A DNA stretch of 64,000 nucleotides from Thalia democratica (taxonomy: Eukaryota). The DNA lies in NCBI GenBank assembly GCA_965202585.1, contig OZ241828.1:33604001-33668000 (forward strand), given 5' to 3'. Positions 39,987-51,900 of this stretch are shown here, in pieces (position 1 is the first letter of the stretch; the number at the start of each line of letters is the position of its first letter). The translations under genes were made by a program, and so were the position numbers. A model generated the notes under the pieces. The model was not told the origin of the DNA. It saw only the letters and a list, made by a program, of their open reading frames with translations, and did not search any database.

Positions 39987-40900
39987 CAGTGCTTCCTCGC
40001 TAATCCGGCCAAGTTGGGCAAGATTTTTTTGAAAATACGGCCGGATTTGCCTTTGGCCGGATAAGAACAAAATATCGCTTTTTTTACAAATTATCTACCT
40101 TAGTTATATTATGAATGTATATAAAAAAAGGTACTATAAAATTTCTGTTAATTTAATTTATTTTACTTTATTCAAAGAAAAAAAAAATAAAACAGACAAA
40201 ATTAAACGAAACAAAATTTTATAAGTTCAAAATTAATAGAAAAAACTACACTGTTAACATTTTAACTAAATTAAGATATTTTTTTGAAAAAAGAAAGAAT
40301 GGAAGATTGTTTTAAAGTGCTTTCTCGTTTTTTAGCAGAAAACTCACGAAATTAGATGAGTTTTGACACATCTTCAGGTGTGGCTTCTGGTTGGCAACGA
40401 TAGTAAGTTAATGGCTTGGCTTCAGCATGAGAAAATGGACACTTAGAAGGCTGGGAAACACCAATTTCATCTTCAACAACTTCAACAGCCTCTTTTTCGT
40501 TATCCCCAGTATCAGTTCAGCAATTCCTTGCTCGTCCATATGCTCATATCCAGGACCATCGCAACTCATCCATCTTTGAATATCATATTCTGTAAATGTG
40601 ATATTTAATCTCGCAAATTGCTGTACAAACTCGTTGTCTTGAGTTTTTTCTGAAGGGTCTATTTTAACAACTGAGCGGGAAAAGTATGAAAAAAAAACTT
40701 AAGATTGTACAAATGATACTTTATTATGACGTAACAATATATTGCTTGCATACTTATAAAACGAAAAATGTTTAATTTTTCGAAGTAAAATGAAATTAAA
40801 CGCTAAAAACGCTAAAATAAATAAGTCGACTTCTCGACTAAAACCGGCCGGAATAGCGAGGAACCGGATTAGCGAGGACCGGATTAGCGAGGAAGCACTG
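39987..40900 (-). mobile_element. Internally deleted pogo/Tigger (Tc1/mariner) element in a SEL1L3 intron
   Basis: TIRs CAGTGCTTCCTCGCTAATCCGG with TA on both flanks. Minus strand has a transposase C-terminal remnant (DIQRWMSCD...KKRESTLKQSSILSF). Confidence 0.9.
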
Positions 40901-41108
40901 TACATGCAAATCCTCAAGTGTTGTTAAGTTAGATTTTTGATTTTTTTATATTACATATTAAATGATCTGAACTTTTATAAATACTTAAATAGCAAAAAGT
41001 GAATATGTTCATACCTAGATTTTTATATCATGTACGATTATAAGTTGTTATGTAAAAGTATATAAAAAAGTTTAACAATTGCTAATTTTAATACGATCTT
41101 AACTCACA

Positions 41109-41226
41109 AATAGCGAATTCGTTAGATTGCGGGAATCCGTTGGTTCCCATCAAATGGTTATATCCAAGTGTTTTTATACAAAGTCTGTCGTTTAACCTAG
41201 CACCGCTTGATAGATGGTACTTGGCC
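41109..41226 (-). pseudogene. SEL1L3: SEL1L3-like exon AKYHLSSGARLNDRLCIKTLGYNHLMGTNGFPQSNEFAI
   Basis: CAG acceptor and GTGAGT donor. Matches [20 protein letters not shown]. Ends accurate to a few bases. Confidence 0.8.
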
Positions 41227-41632
41227 TGTTTTCATAGAAAAGCACTTATTATTTTTTTAATATTAAATTCAAGATTTAATGAGGTAAAAAGTCTTTACTT
41301 CAACAACGTATAAGCTTTATTACAAAGGTTCAATTAAATTTAATTTTTTATATATTTCTTTTTAACTTAAAGAGAATGATTGTTGTAAATTCTTCAACTA
41401 AATTAAAAAAAGACTGAAAACAATTATTTTGAAATAAATCTTTAGTTTTAAAATGTAAGTTTGTGTTTATGTAATAACAATAATTTTCGTTAACATTTAA
41501 AACTACATAAATAGTACGACATGAACTAAAATAAACAATTAAATAAGGACTTTAAGTGTGCAAAACTTTTCATTATTAAAAAGACAACTTATCTTTTTAA
41601 ATAAAAACTTTAACATAAATTTTATTTCTAGC

Positions 41633-41774
41633 CTGTTTCATTGTCAATATCTACTGATATTTTGCTATTGTAAACAATATAGAGGTAGTAATGAGCTAGG
41701 GGATTACCCAATTGTGCAGACTGTTTCAATAGACTCACGTGATCACTAAACTTGTCGAAGTGATCCAAAGTTTC
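41633..41774 (-). pseudogene. SEL1L3: SEL1L3-like exon ETLDHF...LLKQSAQLGNPLAHYYLYIVYN
   Basis: Sel1-repeat peptide. The donor is non-canonical and its phase does not match the next exon. Confidence 0.75.
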
Positions 41775-42097
41775 CTTTTATAAAAAATACTGATATGTAG
41801 AAATTTTTTTGTAATAACGTTTGACTAGATAATTTATACTTGAAATGTACGGATAAATAACTTCGTATACAAAAATATGAACGGAAACGCTAGTCTTTAT
41901 AAATGTTGAATCGAAGTTTACTAGAATCCTATACATAACTTTATAGTCAAAAACTTTATAAAAATTTTACGTTGAAAACATATTTATTAAATTTAGTATC
42001 TTTAAAATAATAAAAGTTTTTATAGATTAAAAAAAAAAATTACCGCCTAAAGTTACGTTTACAATATCTAAAATAAAATCAAAAGTATAACAAAAAC

Positions 42098-42215
42098 CAT
42101 TTTTTGTAGAAATTCATCCATCATAGTTTCTGTAGTTGAGTCAATAACTCCAAGCTTTGATAGATTTCTCGGCAATTCTTTAATTATTTCATCTAGTTTT
42201 AAATACTCTTCATTT
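42098..42215 (-). pseudogene. SEL1L3: SEL1L3-like exon NEEYLKLDEIIKELPRNL...FLQKM
   Basis: AG/GT bounded, phase 2 to 0, compatible with both neighbours. Confidence 0.65.
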
Positions 42216-42614
42216 CTGTAAATAAAGTTTTGTTGAAACAATTATATAACTAATAAGAAAAAAGTCAGACTTTTCATTTAAACATTGTAAATTAAGTATG
42301 AGTAATTTATAGAAACTTTAATTTTTTTAATATTAGAAAAGAAAATAGCTTGTTTTAATTAAGTTCTTATTATTAACTATATTAACAAGTTTGAGAATTA
42401 TTTCTGTAAAAGAAAGTACTGACATTACAATGATGTAGTTCTTAGTTTTGAGTTGTTCGATTTTAAATGGTAAAAGTTCTAAACTGTTTTCTAAAATAAA
42501 TAACTATTAAAAAAAAAGAGTAAGAACAAAATAATTTTAAAACAATAGAACATTTTAATGGTACTAAAATAAAATTAAACAAAGTAAATCTTAGTGAAAG
42601 ATTTTAATGACTAC

Positions 42615-42702
42615 CTTGACGTATGAAGTTCTTTTAGTTTACAAACTTGTTTGTTGTTTTTTGAACTTTCAATCATTACTAAGAACGTGGGGCGACATAT
42701 TT
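42615..42702 (-). pseudogene. SEL1L3: SEL1L3-like exon ICRPTFLVMIESSK...HTS
   Basis: AG/GT bounded, open frame, phase-2 end fits the next exon. Peptide similarity is weak. Confidence 0.5.
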
Positions 42703-43190
42703 CTGTAAAAGTACAACAAGTTATTTTAATCATAACATAACCCAACTATAAATAAATATTGAACATTTTATTTTTGAAGTATAATTTTTATATAGATTCA
42801 AATATAAGTTGTATCTAAGCAATTACGAGTAACAAATTTTAAAATCAGTCTTTTTTATAAATATACCCGTTGCCAACTCATAAGATAAACTCACATGTCT
42901 ACATTAAAAACCACTTGTATGTTTTATACACAAATTTTGGCAAACACAATCAACAAACTTTCAAACGAGTCTTTTCTGTTGTGACGGAGAAAATAGCTTT
43001 TTATAACTTGCGTGAACTTGAGCAAACTTTTTTCATTAAAGCATAACAATTCCTATTAATTTTTATCTGGTTACGTCTGTTTTTATAAGGTTTTAGTGGA
43101 AATGCATGAACACTTCACGCTTATTAAAAGTTGTACTTCGAAAGATTTATAATATCATTTTATATATACGTGTATACTGTTGGTTTTAAA

Positions 43191-44038
43191 GGGTTAGTGC
43201 GCGAAATTTTTTTTATTTAGCCTGACTGAGACCAATTTAGCCTGACATTTTTTCAAAGTAAGGAAAATCCCCTTTAGAAGTCATTTTAGGTATCAGGGGT
43301 CTAGATTAGTACTATTGTAGTCTCCGAGTTCAGGCAGCTTCATCTCAAAAATATTTTGAGTATTAAAAACCTGCAAAAAGCAATTCATAGCTTAGTTACA
43401 ACTCAGAAAAATAAGAATAAATTGTGAAAAAGGTGATTGACCCCCCTATGCCCTTAACATGACAAATTCAGTGAAAATTTTTAAAATAAGTGTTGTATCT
43501 AATCTATTACTAGTGTAAAAATTTAATAGATATTACTAAACACAATTGTTCAATTTAAAAAAAACATTATAACCAGAAGATTTATAATAAAACGAGTGCA
43601 TTGTTGTGTTTTATTAAAATTTAAAATGATACACTTACATGAGTATTAAAATTCAAACAAACAACTAAGTTGTTGTGTTGAACTAAACTGTAATGCTTAC
43701 ACTGTATTTTTTTAATGAATTTTCATAATTATGATGTAAATAATCTACTCAAAAAAATATTGAAGATTCTTAAATTTTTTTTAGAGATTTAACAAAAGGT
43801 TTTAAGCATTTATTTTTGTAATTACTTACTGATTTTATCTTTAATAACTAAATCTTTATTTAGAAACAAATTCACGTCTCAATTTGATCTTGAAAAGATT
43901 TCTCAACGTTTTTTTATCAAAAATTTTCAAGCATTTGAACCGAGAGTTCTTGGTTTTTTAAATAAAAAAACTGATTTAGTCTGACGTTTTTCAACTTTTT
44001 TCAAAAAAACTGATTTAGCCTGACGCGCACGAACACTG
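43191..44038. mobile_element. hAT-like MITE carrying a nested TAAGGGCATA-family fragment
   Basis: Ends (a)gggttagtgcgcg and cgcgcacgaacactg, flanked by gttttaaa on both sides. Internal atttagcctgac repeats. Nested right end ccccctatgcccttaa near 43455. Confidence 0.6.
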
Positions 44039-45683
44039 GTTTTAAAAGAAAAAGGTTTTTAAAGGAGAAAACTTTTGAAGCATCTACGTAACGATCAGCT
44101 TGTATCATTCTGCGAGTTTTATTATAAAACATCATTATAAATATTAAGATAAATAGTTTTTTCGTGTCTAAATTAAACTTGTAGCTTTTAGTACAGTTTT
44201 CTATCACCGTTTGCTAGTTTTATTTTAACTTGATGTACTGTACTAGTAGCTTTTAGTTTATTACTTTTAGGTTTATATCTGCTCTTGTAGTATATTTAAA
44301 AAAACATCATAAAGAAGTTTTATTTAGTGATGCATTTTCAGTTAGAATTGTAGATATAACAAGTATAAAAATTTAAAATTAAATCTTTGTGTAAAATTAA
44401 AAGTTTATATTACCATTTACCGGCGGACCTCATTGATCATAAAAATAAAAACAAACACTAAACAAAAGAGCTTAATTATTGTATTTTAATTAGCTTAAGG
44501 TAGCTTTTGCATTTCTTAAAGCATACAACGCCAGTAAGATATTTTTACAGAACATGCGGATACCTCTTCTCTGACTTTTATATTTTTCAAATAAGTCAAC
44601 AAAGACTTAAAAATAAATTGCTTCCGTAACTTATAATTCATCTTATTGTACGAAAAATTATAACTAATTAAACGAGACTAAGTGTCTATCATATTTTATG
44701 AATAAAATTATCCGGAAAAACTCACAATCTCAACTTCGCCCTGCAAGATCTTGTTCCTGCAAACGGTAGCTCTCGTCACTATTGCATCCAGGTTCTTGCA
44801 GAAAAAGCTTCTACAAAACAGCAAGTACCTGTCGTCATACTCGTAGTGCTCCGAATCTTGTCAGAAAAATCATTTTTGTCAGACATTGTTGCTCAAGTAT
44901 TTAAACTCAAACTAAAATTTTTACTCATTAACAATGAAAAATTAACTAAATTTAGTAAAAAGTTGTAATTTTAAATCAATCAGTATAAAGATAGCGTAAA
45001 CTTATTTTGTAATTTTTGACTTGTCATTTTATTAGTTTTTATAAATAAATCAGTTTAACTGATTTGTTGTTTTTGTTTAACAGCATTTATTAACCAACAT
45101 AAAAAATACAATGTCTAAACAGTTAGCTTACAATTCTTAAAAAGTAACAAAGCAAGGAAGTGTTTGTCTTCTTTTTCTTTGTTAACGTAGCTCATTGTCA
45201 AATTTATCTAAAAAATAAATTAATCCAATTTAACTACCATCGGTTTTAATGGTTACAAAAAAAGTAAAATATAGTCAACTGGTAAACGTTGATAATCAAA
45301 ATATTAAAGTTTTTAAGTGTGTATGTATACCAGAAAAATACTATTTCATTACTTTGTATTAAATGAATATAGTCTAGATTTTAATTGTTAAACAAAGTTT
45401 TTGAATGATTTCAAACAGAAAAAAAAACAATCAGAAGTGTATTTAGTTTCAACAGTAAATTTCTAATATTAGCTAAAGAAGTTATTAAAAGATAAGTTAT
45501 ACAAATGAATATTATTCTTTTTTAGAATTTATTTTTTTATTTTATTGTCAGTTTTTTTATGTTTTACAGTACATTAAAATAGCATTAGTCATTATTCAAC
45601 CAACCAGAGAGTTCTAAATTTTAAGGTTGATATTAGAAACATATAAACAAATTAAATGTAAGATTTGAAAAACATATACATAC

Positions 45684-45812
45684 AATTAAAACAAACAAAA
45701 GAGTTTTCAATTTTAAGGTCGAGGTTGATCCACTTCTTAGTGGGCACTGTCCAAGTTGTTATGTGGGGAAGTGACCTTTTTCCAGTGGTCCGCATCTGCA
45801 CTTGGATCTGAC
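45684..45812 (-). pseudogene. SEL1L3: SEL1L3-like LamG exon GQIQVQMRTTGK...VPTKKWINLDLKIENS
   Basis: Matches GYLHIQMHL...IPLKEWFRLDISF. 3' end approximate. Confidence 0.8.
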
Positions 45813-46205
45813 CTAAAAAGGGGTTATAAACATTGTTTGCAACCATTTATAGGTTTAATCTAATATAAATAACTATCAAAATTCAAACCAAATTATTATG
45901 ACAACAATAATAATGAATCTCGTTTTACTCACACTTGTCTTGCAGTAATATTAAAAGTTGTGAACCTAAAAGTGCAGTGAAGACGTTGCTTGTGCACTAA
46001 CGAACGCGTAAGTTTATTACATTAGTTACAAAATAATGATTAACTTAAATACACTAGTCACTTTGTTTATGCATAGCTTAAACTTATGAAAAACAATGTG
46101 TATAGTTTTGATTTTTATTTAAAAACATAGACGGTAATGCCAATCACAATAAATTGTACTCCTATCCTGTTAAATCGTCTTTGTTAAATAACTTTTATTA
46201 CTCAC

Positions 46206-46357
46206 CCTGATTGTTGATAAGAACGACTGGTGGTTCCATTTTGTCATCACTTGTAATTTTTTGAATAAGACTGCACATAACGTTTGTTTTGCACCAAGAT
46301 AGCAGGTAAAATGTTGACTTGAAACTGAATCTGTGGAGATTATTCCTAGGTTAGAAC
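46206..46357 (-). pseudogene. SEL1L3: SEL1L3-like exon ...FYLLSWCKTNVMCSLIQ...PPVVLINNQG
   Basis: Matches WLYLLHYCKANLCGIL...PSVFLTEEG. In-frame TAA near its 5' end. Confidence 0.82.
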
Positions 46358-46861
46358 CTTGTTAAAAATAAAAACGTTCTGAAATCGAATATAGATATAA
46401 ATATTTTAAAATTATGTTTAAAAGTAGTACAGAAGATGAGAAATTTAATATATGATATTTATTAAATGTGTTTTTGTATACCTAACGTTTGTTAATGTAG
46501 TGAACAAAAACTTAAAAGTTTGTAAACAATTCCATTTTTAAATGACATGTATTAATAAATATATTAAAACTAACTTTAAAAAATTCTCAATCTTTGCGTC
46601 GTGAAAAAGTTTTATATAGCATTGTTTTAAAATTAAATTGTTTTGACGGCAGATTACCTTTTTTTTTAATTATTCTGGTACTTAAATACTCAATTAACAG
46701 TATCGATAATGAAACAACTATTTCATTATAATTCAAACTGTAAGTTTACTTATACTTTGATGTAAAATTGCATATAACATAGTTATCTGTTAAAAGTTTG
46801 ATTTAAAAAAAAGTAGTTAAGTAAAGAAAAAAAGTAGTTTTGAGAAACAGCTAAAAGCTAC

Positions 46862-47019
46862 CTTGTTTTATGGATTTTGGCCAGATTGTTGAGATGAGTG
46901 TTTCTGTATGGAGTCAATGGGGTTGTCACTCCGTAAAGTTGCTCGTTCATTATTACTGGGTGTGTAACCAAATCAACATAATCTATTTCACATTGTTATA
47001 CATTTAAATCTATCTTTAA
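46862..47019 (-). pseudogene. SEL1L3: SEL1L3-like exon ...QCEIDYVDL...GVTTPLTPYRNTHL
   Basis: AG/GT bounded. Phase-2 end fits the next exon; TAA just before QC. Confidence 0.7.
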
Positions 47020-47304
47020 CTGAAAACTATTAAGAACAATATATTAAAATTTTATAACAAAGTCTTGAAGTCAGCGTTTTAAATAAAGATTTGTAAAAGA
47101 TTTATTAACCAGTTTTTAGGCTAGTTATTAATCTAAAGCTAAAACTATAGAGTATATCATTGAGCAAGTATGTTTTACAATAGGCGTTTATATAACAAGC
47201 TATGATTAAAAACAAAAAATGAGTTATTAACTATTTTTCTGGTCGTATAAAAAAAAAACATTGTTAGCATTGAAGGAAAATAATTAGAAAATGTTTGAAG
47301 TTAC

Positions 47305-48339
47305 CGTTTTCCCTAATAGATTAAAGATGCTTCACAGCAATTTTTTCATCGATTGCTTTGTACAAATATGAAAAACTCTTGTCGAGTTGGTCTTTATCTT
47401 CATTTGCCTCCAGTGTTGCGTTAAGTGTAATAACGGGTAGGTGTCAGAAAAGCACAGCGTCACTTTAGCACGGGGTGACACTTTAGCACGGGGTGAAACT
47501 TAAGCACGGGGTGACACTTTAGCACGGAGTGACACTTTAGCACGGCGTCACTTTAGCACGGAGTGTCACTTTAGCACGGCGTCACTTTAGCACGTAGTGT
47601 CACTTTAGCACGGCGTCACTTTAGCACAGAGTGTCACTTTAGCACGGGGTGACACTTTAACACGGAGTGTAATTTTATCACTGATTGATTCTTTTGCACA
47701 AAATGATTCTTAAGCACGGAGTGACACTTAAGCGCCATCGATAGTTTTAAGTAGTTTAATTTAATACGTGTAAAATTTGTATTTAATAAAACGTTTGTAA
47801 TTAAATTAAATATTATTATAACTTAAACTAAATTAAATGATTTGACAGAAATCTTAAAATTACTTTTATATAGTTATTATTAAGTTGAGGTTTGCCATAG
47901 AGTAACTAGTGTAATTTTGTATTAAATACCAAGTTTTAGTTGAAGCTTTAACTTGAAACATATTAAAAGTTTGTAGTATTATGTTGCATAGTTTATTTTT
48001 ATATTTTTCGACATAACATATAAGCATAAACAAATGTGTCATTCCATGCTAAAATGACGCCGTGCGAAGGTGTCACTCCGTGCTAAAGTGACGCGGTGCT
48101 AAAGTGTCACCCCGTGCTTAAGTGACGCCGTGCTAAAGTGTCACCCCGTGCTAAAGTGTCACCCGTGCTAAAATGTCAGCCGTGCTAAAGTGTCACCCCG
48201 TGCTAAAGAGTCACACCGTGCTAAAGTGTCACCCCGTGCTAAAGTGTCACCCCGTGCTAAAGTGTCACCCCGTGCTAAAGTGTCACACCGTGCTAAAGTG
48301 TCACCCGTGCTTTTCTGACCCGTTCCCGTAATAACAGCT
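47305..48339 (-). pseudogene. SEL1L3: SEL1L3-like exon split by a MITE (48328-48339 plus 47305-47426)
   Basis: Removing 47435-48327 and one TSD restores TCAG|AGCTGTTATTACACTT, reading AVITLNATLEANEDKDQLDKSF. Confidence 0.65.
47435..48327. mobile_element. Foldback-type MITE (893 bp) with GGG...CCC ends and 8-bp TSD
   Basis: TSD gtaataac at 47427-47434 and 48328-48335. Arms of about 300 bp are built from 16-18 bp units (gcacggggtgacacttta) in inverted orientation around an AT-rich spacer. Confidence 0.93.
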
Positions 48340-48618
48340 CTGATTAACAATAAAAAAGAATATAAGTGTCTTATATAATTCTTATAACAAAAAATGTCTA
48401 AAATTTTTTGGAAGTTTTTGGAAATTTCGCAGTCAATTGAATATTTTACAAAAGTATATAAGATTTTAAATTGTTGACGTTTTATAAGCCATAAATTTAA
48501 ATACATAAAGCAAAAACAATAAAAACTACCTTGTATACTAAGCAACAACAATAATGTACCTTTAATTTAAATGTCTTCTAAAAAATAAAACAAAGTTTTA
48601 AAAAAATTGTCTACTTAC

Positions 48619-48704
48619 TTGTCCATGATTAAATGGTAAAGATGTCTGGGTCCATGAATCTGTTTCTTAACAGTTTTCCATAGAATATAATCTAGCATAA
48701 AACC
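48619..48704 (-). pseudogene. SEL1L3: Probable SEL1L3-like exon GFMLDYILWKT...LIMD
   Basis: TACAG acceptor and GTAAGT donor. Phase 0 to 2 fits both neighbours. Confidence 0.6.
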
Positions 48705-48743
48705 CTGTAAAGCATTAAATTAGTTTAGCTAGTGCAAAAGTAC

Positions 48744-49007
48744 CTTTACTTTAACATCATTCAACTGTGAAATAAAAGGCATGACAACGAAACTTCTCTG
48801 AGTGAACTTTCTGTTAATATTCAACATACCCATCCGCTTGGTGGCAAAATGTTAGTACTCGGGTTCGCTCACCACGCGGTACTTTCTCACTATTTCCAAG
48901 TCGAACTTCAACAATGGGTTGGTGGCGTTTCTATGGGTGAGATCTTCGTCAAGGTAACCGTCAACGAATATTATTATTATGGACTTTGACACGCAGTTGT
49001 AGGCAAT
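48744..49007 (-). pseudogene. SEL1L3: SEL1L3-like N-terminal exon IAYNCVSKSIIIIFVDGY...
   Basis: 264 bp, AG/GT bounded, one TAA at 48852-48854. Y.C motif as in VEYLCSQP. Confidence 0.65.
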
Positions 49008-49798
49008 CTAGGATGAGAAAAATTGTTGAAAAGTTTAATTTAATTATAAAAGTCTTTGATCAAATATTTATGTATAAACGTTTCATTTTCCTTAATTTAG
49101 TAAAAATAATGTACTTTAATCAGTAAGTTGATTATTAATCAAAGACTTTTGAAAACAGTGTTTGACAAAGTTATTCAAAGTTCTTTGCAGTTGTTTATGT
49201 AAGTTATTCGTGTTTTTTAGTGTGAGTAATTTTACTTTGTAAATTAAATTGTAAACTAATTTAAGTTTGTAAACACAAGTCTTACAAAAAAAACAATAAA
49301 AAGCATAGTTGAAATTAATAACTAATATAAATCAAATAAAAAGTTATTAAACCTATATGTCAAGATTGACCACAAAAGTACAAATTTGGTGGAACTTCAT
49401 TAAAAACAACACATATTTTCTTCAACAAGTTAATCAACTTGAAACTTGTAGTTGGTGCCAATGGTGGAATGGAAATTGGAAACCGTGACGAAGCTTTTTG
49501 GTTGCCTCCTCACTGCCTTTATTACGTCACTGTCCGGGAGTTTGTAGCCTCCCTTGTGACCCTTAGTGTCCTTCTCAAGTACTACGGCATCCTCGAACAT
49601 CTTCGAGAGTCTGTGGGAGTTGGTATGAAGTCTGTGGGAGAACAATAAAAAGTTTGAGTTTTTTAAGTTTAAAAATTTTAAAGTACAAAAAGATTTAAAA
49701 GTTTGGTTTTGGTTTGTGTGATTATACTTCTTATATGGTTTTAAAGACTTTTAATAAGCTAAAAATATCTTAAAAATAAAACCTCAAAAACATTATTT

Positions 49799-50280
49799 GG
49801 CAACCCTGATCTAAACTTTGAAGATATTAACAGTATTTTAAGTAAACTATAAAAATTGAACAACAAAGTCTATATAAAAAATACTATAATTTGTTATTAT
49901 TGGATCAAATTCTAGTTACAGGGTTGTCAAGTACCTGGAATTAAATAGTTAAGGCTTAAAAACCTTTTTCTTTTATAAACCTCATAGTAGTTTTTGATCT
50001 TCAAATATTTTAACTTTTCTTCAAGTTAATATGTTATTATATTGGTGTTTCCAGGTTATTAAGGTTGATTAAATACTTTTTAGCATATTCAAATACGTTT
50101 TATTTTTCAAACTCAGGCAAACTCTAGCTAGCTTAATGTAACTCAGGCTAGACTTTGGTAATTAATGATATTTTTTTTTTAAGTGTGGCAACTCTAGGCT
50201 GATTAAAATATAACTTATATTTTATCTATTAATAAAAGGGTTCTTAGTAAAAGAATATTATGTGTTTTATATAAATATTA
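49799..50280. repeat. Second copy of the 11680-12165 dispersed repeat
   Basis: Collinear shared blocks with 11680-12165. Confidence 0.8.
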
Positions 50281-50339
50281 ATCATTTAATAATAAAATCC
50301 ATTAATAATTTGTCTAACTTTCATTTATTTTCAATTGCT

Positions 50340-51900
50340 CTATAGAATTAGATGAAGTACCAAAACAACGAAAAATGTCTTTTGTCATTCCAGTTCATAA
50401 GAAAGGTTAAATACACAGCGCGTTAAAGTATAGACCAATATCTTTAACTAGTGAGTTTTCTCGAATTTTTGAACAAATCATACCAGTAAAATTTTTAAAT
50501 CACCTTTTTGACTATAATTTACTATCTAATTAACAATTTGGTTTTATCCCTTACCGCTCGTCAAACATTAAATTATTAACATGCATAATTCATGAATAGT
50601 TTCTTATCTCAAAACGAATATATTAAAGTAGTTTACACTGATATTTAATAAGCTTTTTATTCAGTATTTAACAAACGTTTAAAAATATATGGTCATAAAA
50701 ATATTGAGTCAGTATGGACTACACGAATCCTTAGTGAAGTGGTTCAATAATTTTTCAAGTGGGAGATCACGAAGATTAGTCATTAATGATACGCTATCAG
50801 ACCCTTTATCTATATACAGCGGAGTACCACAAGGTGGTGTAATTGGTCCCATCCTTTTTTAATTTACATTAATGACATTAGTTAAAATATTGATATTAAA
50901 AGTTATATGAGTTTATTTGCAGATGATACAAAAACCTTTAGTGAGTCAAATATCTCTTTACAATTTACTCTAAATAACATCAAAAAATGGTTAAAATCAA
51001 GAAAACTCGGTTTAAATCCTACTAAATTTAAGTTTTTAACAATTAAGACAAACAAACCGTTTGACCCGATTGACCTTTATATCAATAAAACTAAGATACC
51101 AACAGTTAAAGTTTTAAGGATTTAGGAATATATATCTCCAAAAATTTTAAACGAAACGAATACATAAACTATTTATACAACGTTGCACAATTTTCATCCT
51201 GTTAAATATTAAAAAGTTTTAAAAGTAATTCAGTTACTATTCTAATAAAACTATATATTCTAATATACGTTCGTCCAAAGCTTGAACACAATACGCAAAT
51301 TTGGTCACGCTTTAAAAAAAAAGACATTAACAAAATTAAGTCTGTGCAAAGAAATTTTACCCGGTTGATATGTAGTCGTTGTAACATATCCCATTCATCA
51401 TATAATGATAGATTGGTTAAACTTGGATTGGGGTTTCTAAAGTATAGAAGATGGGAATTTGATTTCTTTTTGCTTTACAAAATTATCAATGGCAAATATA
51501 AGTCGTTTTTCAGTCATTTTTTTTAGTTAATTCCATAATTAATATCATTTATAAGGAAATAACAAAAAACTTATATTTAAAAACTATTTTAACAACAGTC
51601 AGTGGCAAGTTTATTTTTAAAAAGAGCAGAGACCAGACATGTTAAAAAGCTCTGCTTTGTTTACTCAAGCGTGAAATTACTAACTTAACACAAACCAAAA
51701 ATAAAACACTTCATTGCTGAATTACCATAGTAACTTTTAGCATTTTAACATCTCTGGCAGAGACTATGCGGAACAAGTTACCACAGGATATAGTATCGTG
51801 TGAGAGGGTGGAAAATTTTTGATTTAAACTAAAAAGATTAAATTTATTTAGCATAAATATCAGCAAAAGTCAGTAACTTTTCACAAAAACAATACAGAAA
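50340..51900 (+). mobile_element. CR1/L2-type LINE ORF2 (RT) 3' fragment, decayed
   Basis: VIPVHKKG...KYRPISLTS, GVPQGGVIGPILF, LFADDTK, VQRNFTR, and a C-terminal RNKLPQDIV motif. Many stops. Confidence 0.9.
51634..51756. mobile_element. 123-bp hAT-type mini-MITE inside the LINE
   Basis: TIRs CAGACATGTTAAAA / TTTTAACATCTCTG. Perfect 8-bp TSD gcagagac at 51626-51633 and 51757-51764. Confidence 0.88.

Larger units (their letters stand above)
34603..49007 (-). pseudogene. SEL1L3: SEL1L3-like (LamG-like plus Sel1 repeats) unprocessed pseudogene
   Basis: At least 17 mostly phase-compatible exons follow remembered human SEL1L3 in order (LFKWIKLQA, LNWGQQG, DPAVMYDYGVVL, WAKFLSDKN, AETGFEV, KMGDYHYY). 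Multiple nonsense codons, a destroyed acceptor and a MITE in an exon. First and last exons not resolved. Confidence 0.9.

Noticed and set aside
42860-44460. Additional SEL1L3 exons near 42880-43150 and 44370-44460
   Set aside because: Expected by position, but peptide similarity and splice sites are too eroded to define.
44480-44900. Possible piggyBac transposase C-terminal remnant (Cys-rich frames)
   Set aside because: Motifs are split across frames and no TTAA-flanked termini were found. Not supportable without a search.
47435-48327. CRISPR-like array or repeat protein (ORF 48168-48551, RGDTLA repeats)
   Set aside because: The units are contiguous with no unique spacers and form the inverted arms of a TSD-flanked MITE. 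The ORF is a by-product.
16248-48854. Stop-codon reassignment (TAA/TAG/TGA read as sense) to explain the many in-frame stops
   Set aside because: The stops align to different residues (Glu, Trp, Tyr, Cys, Leu/Met), co-occur with frameshifts, a lost acceptor and a TE insertion, and TAA ends SEC61G normally.
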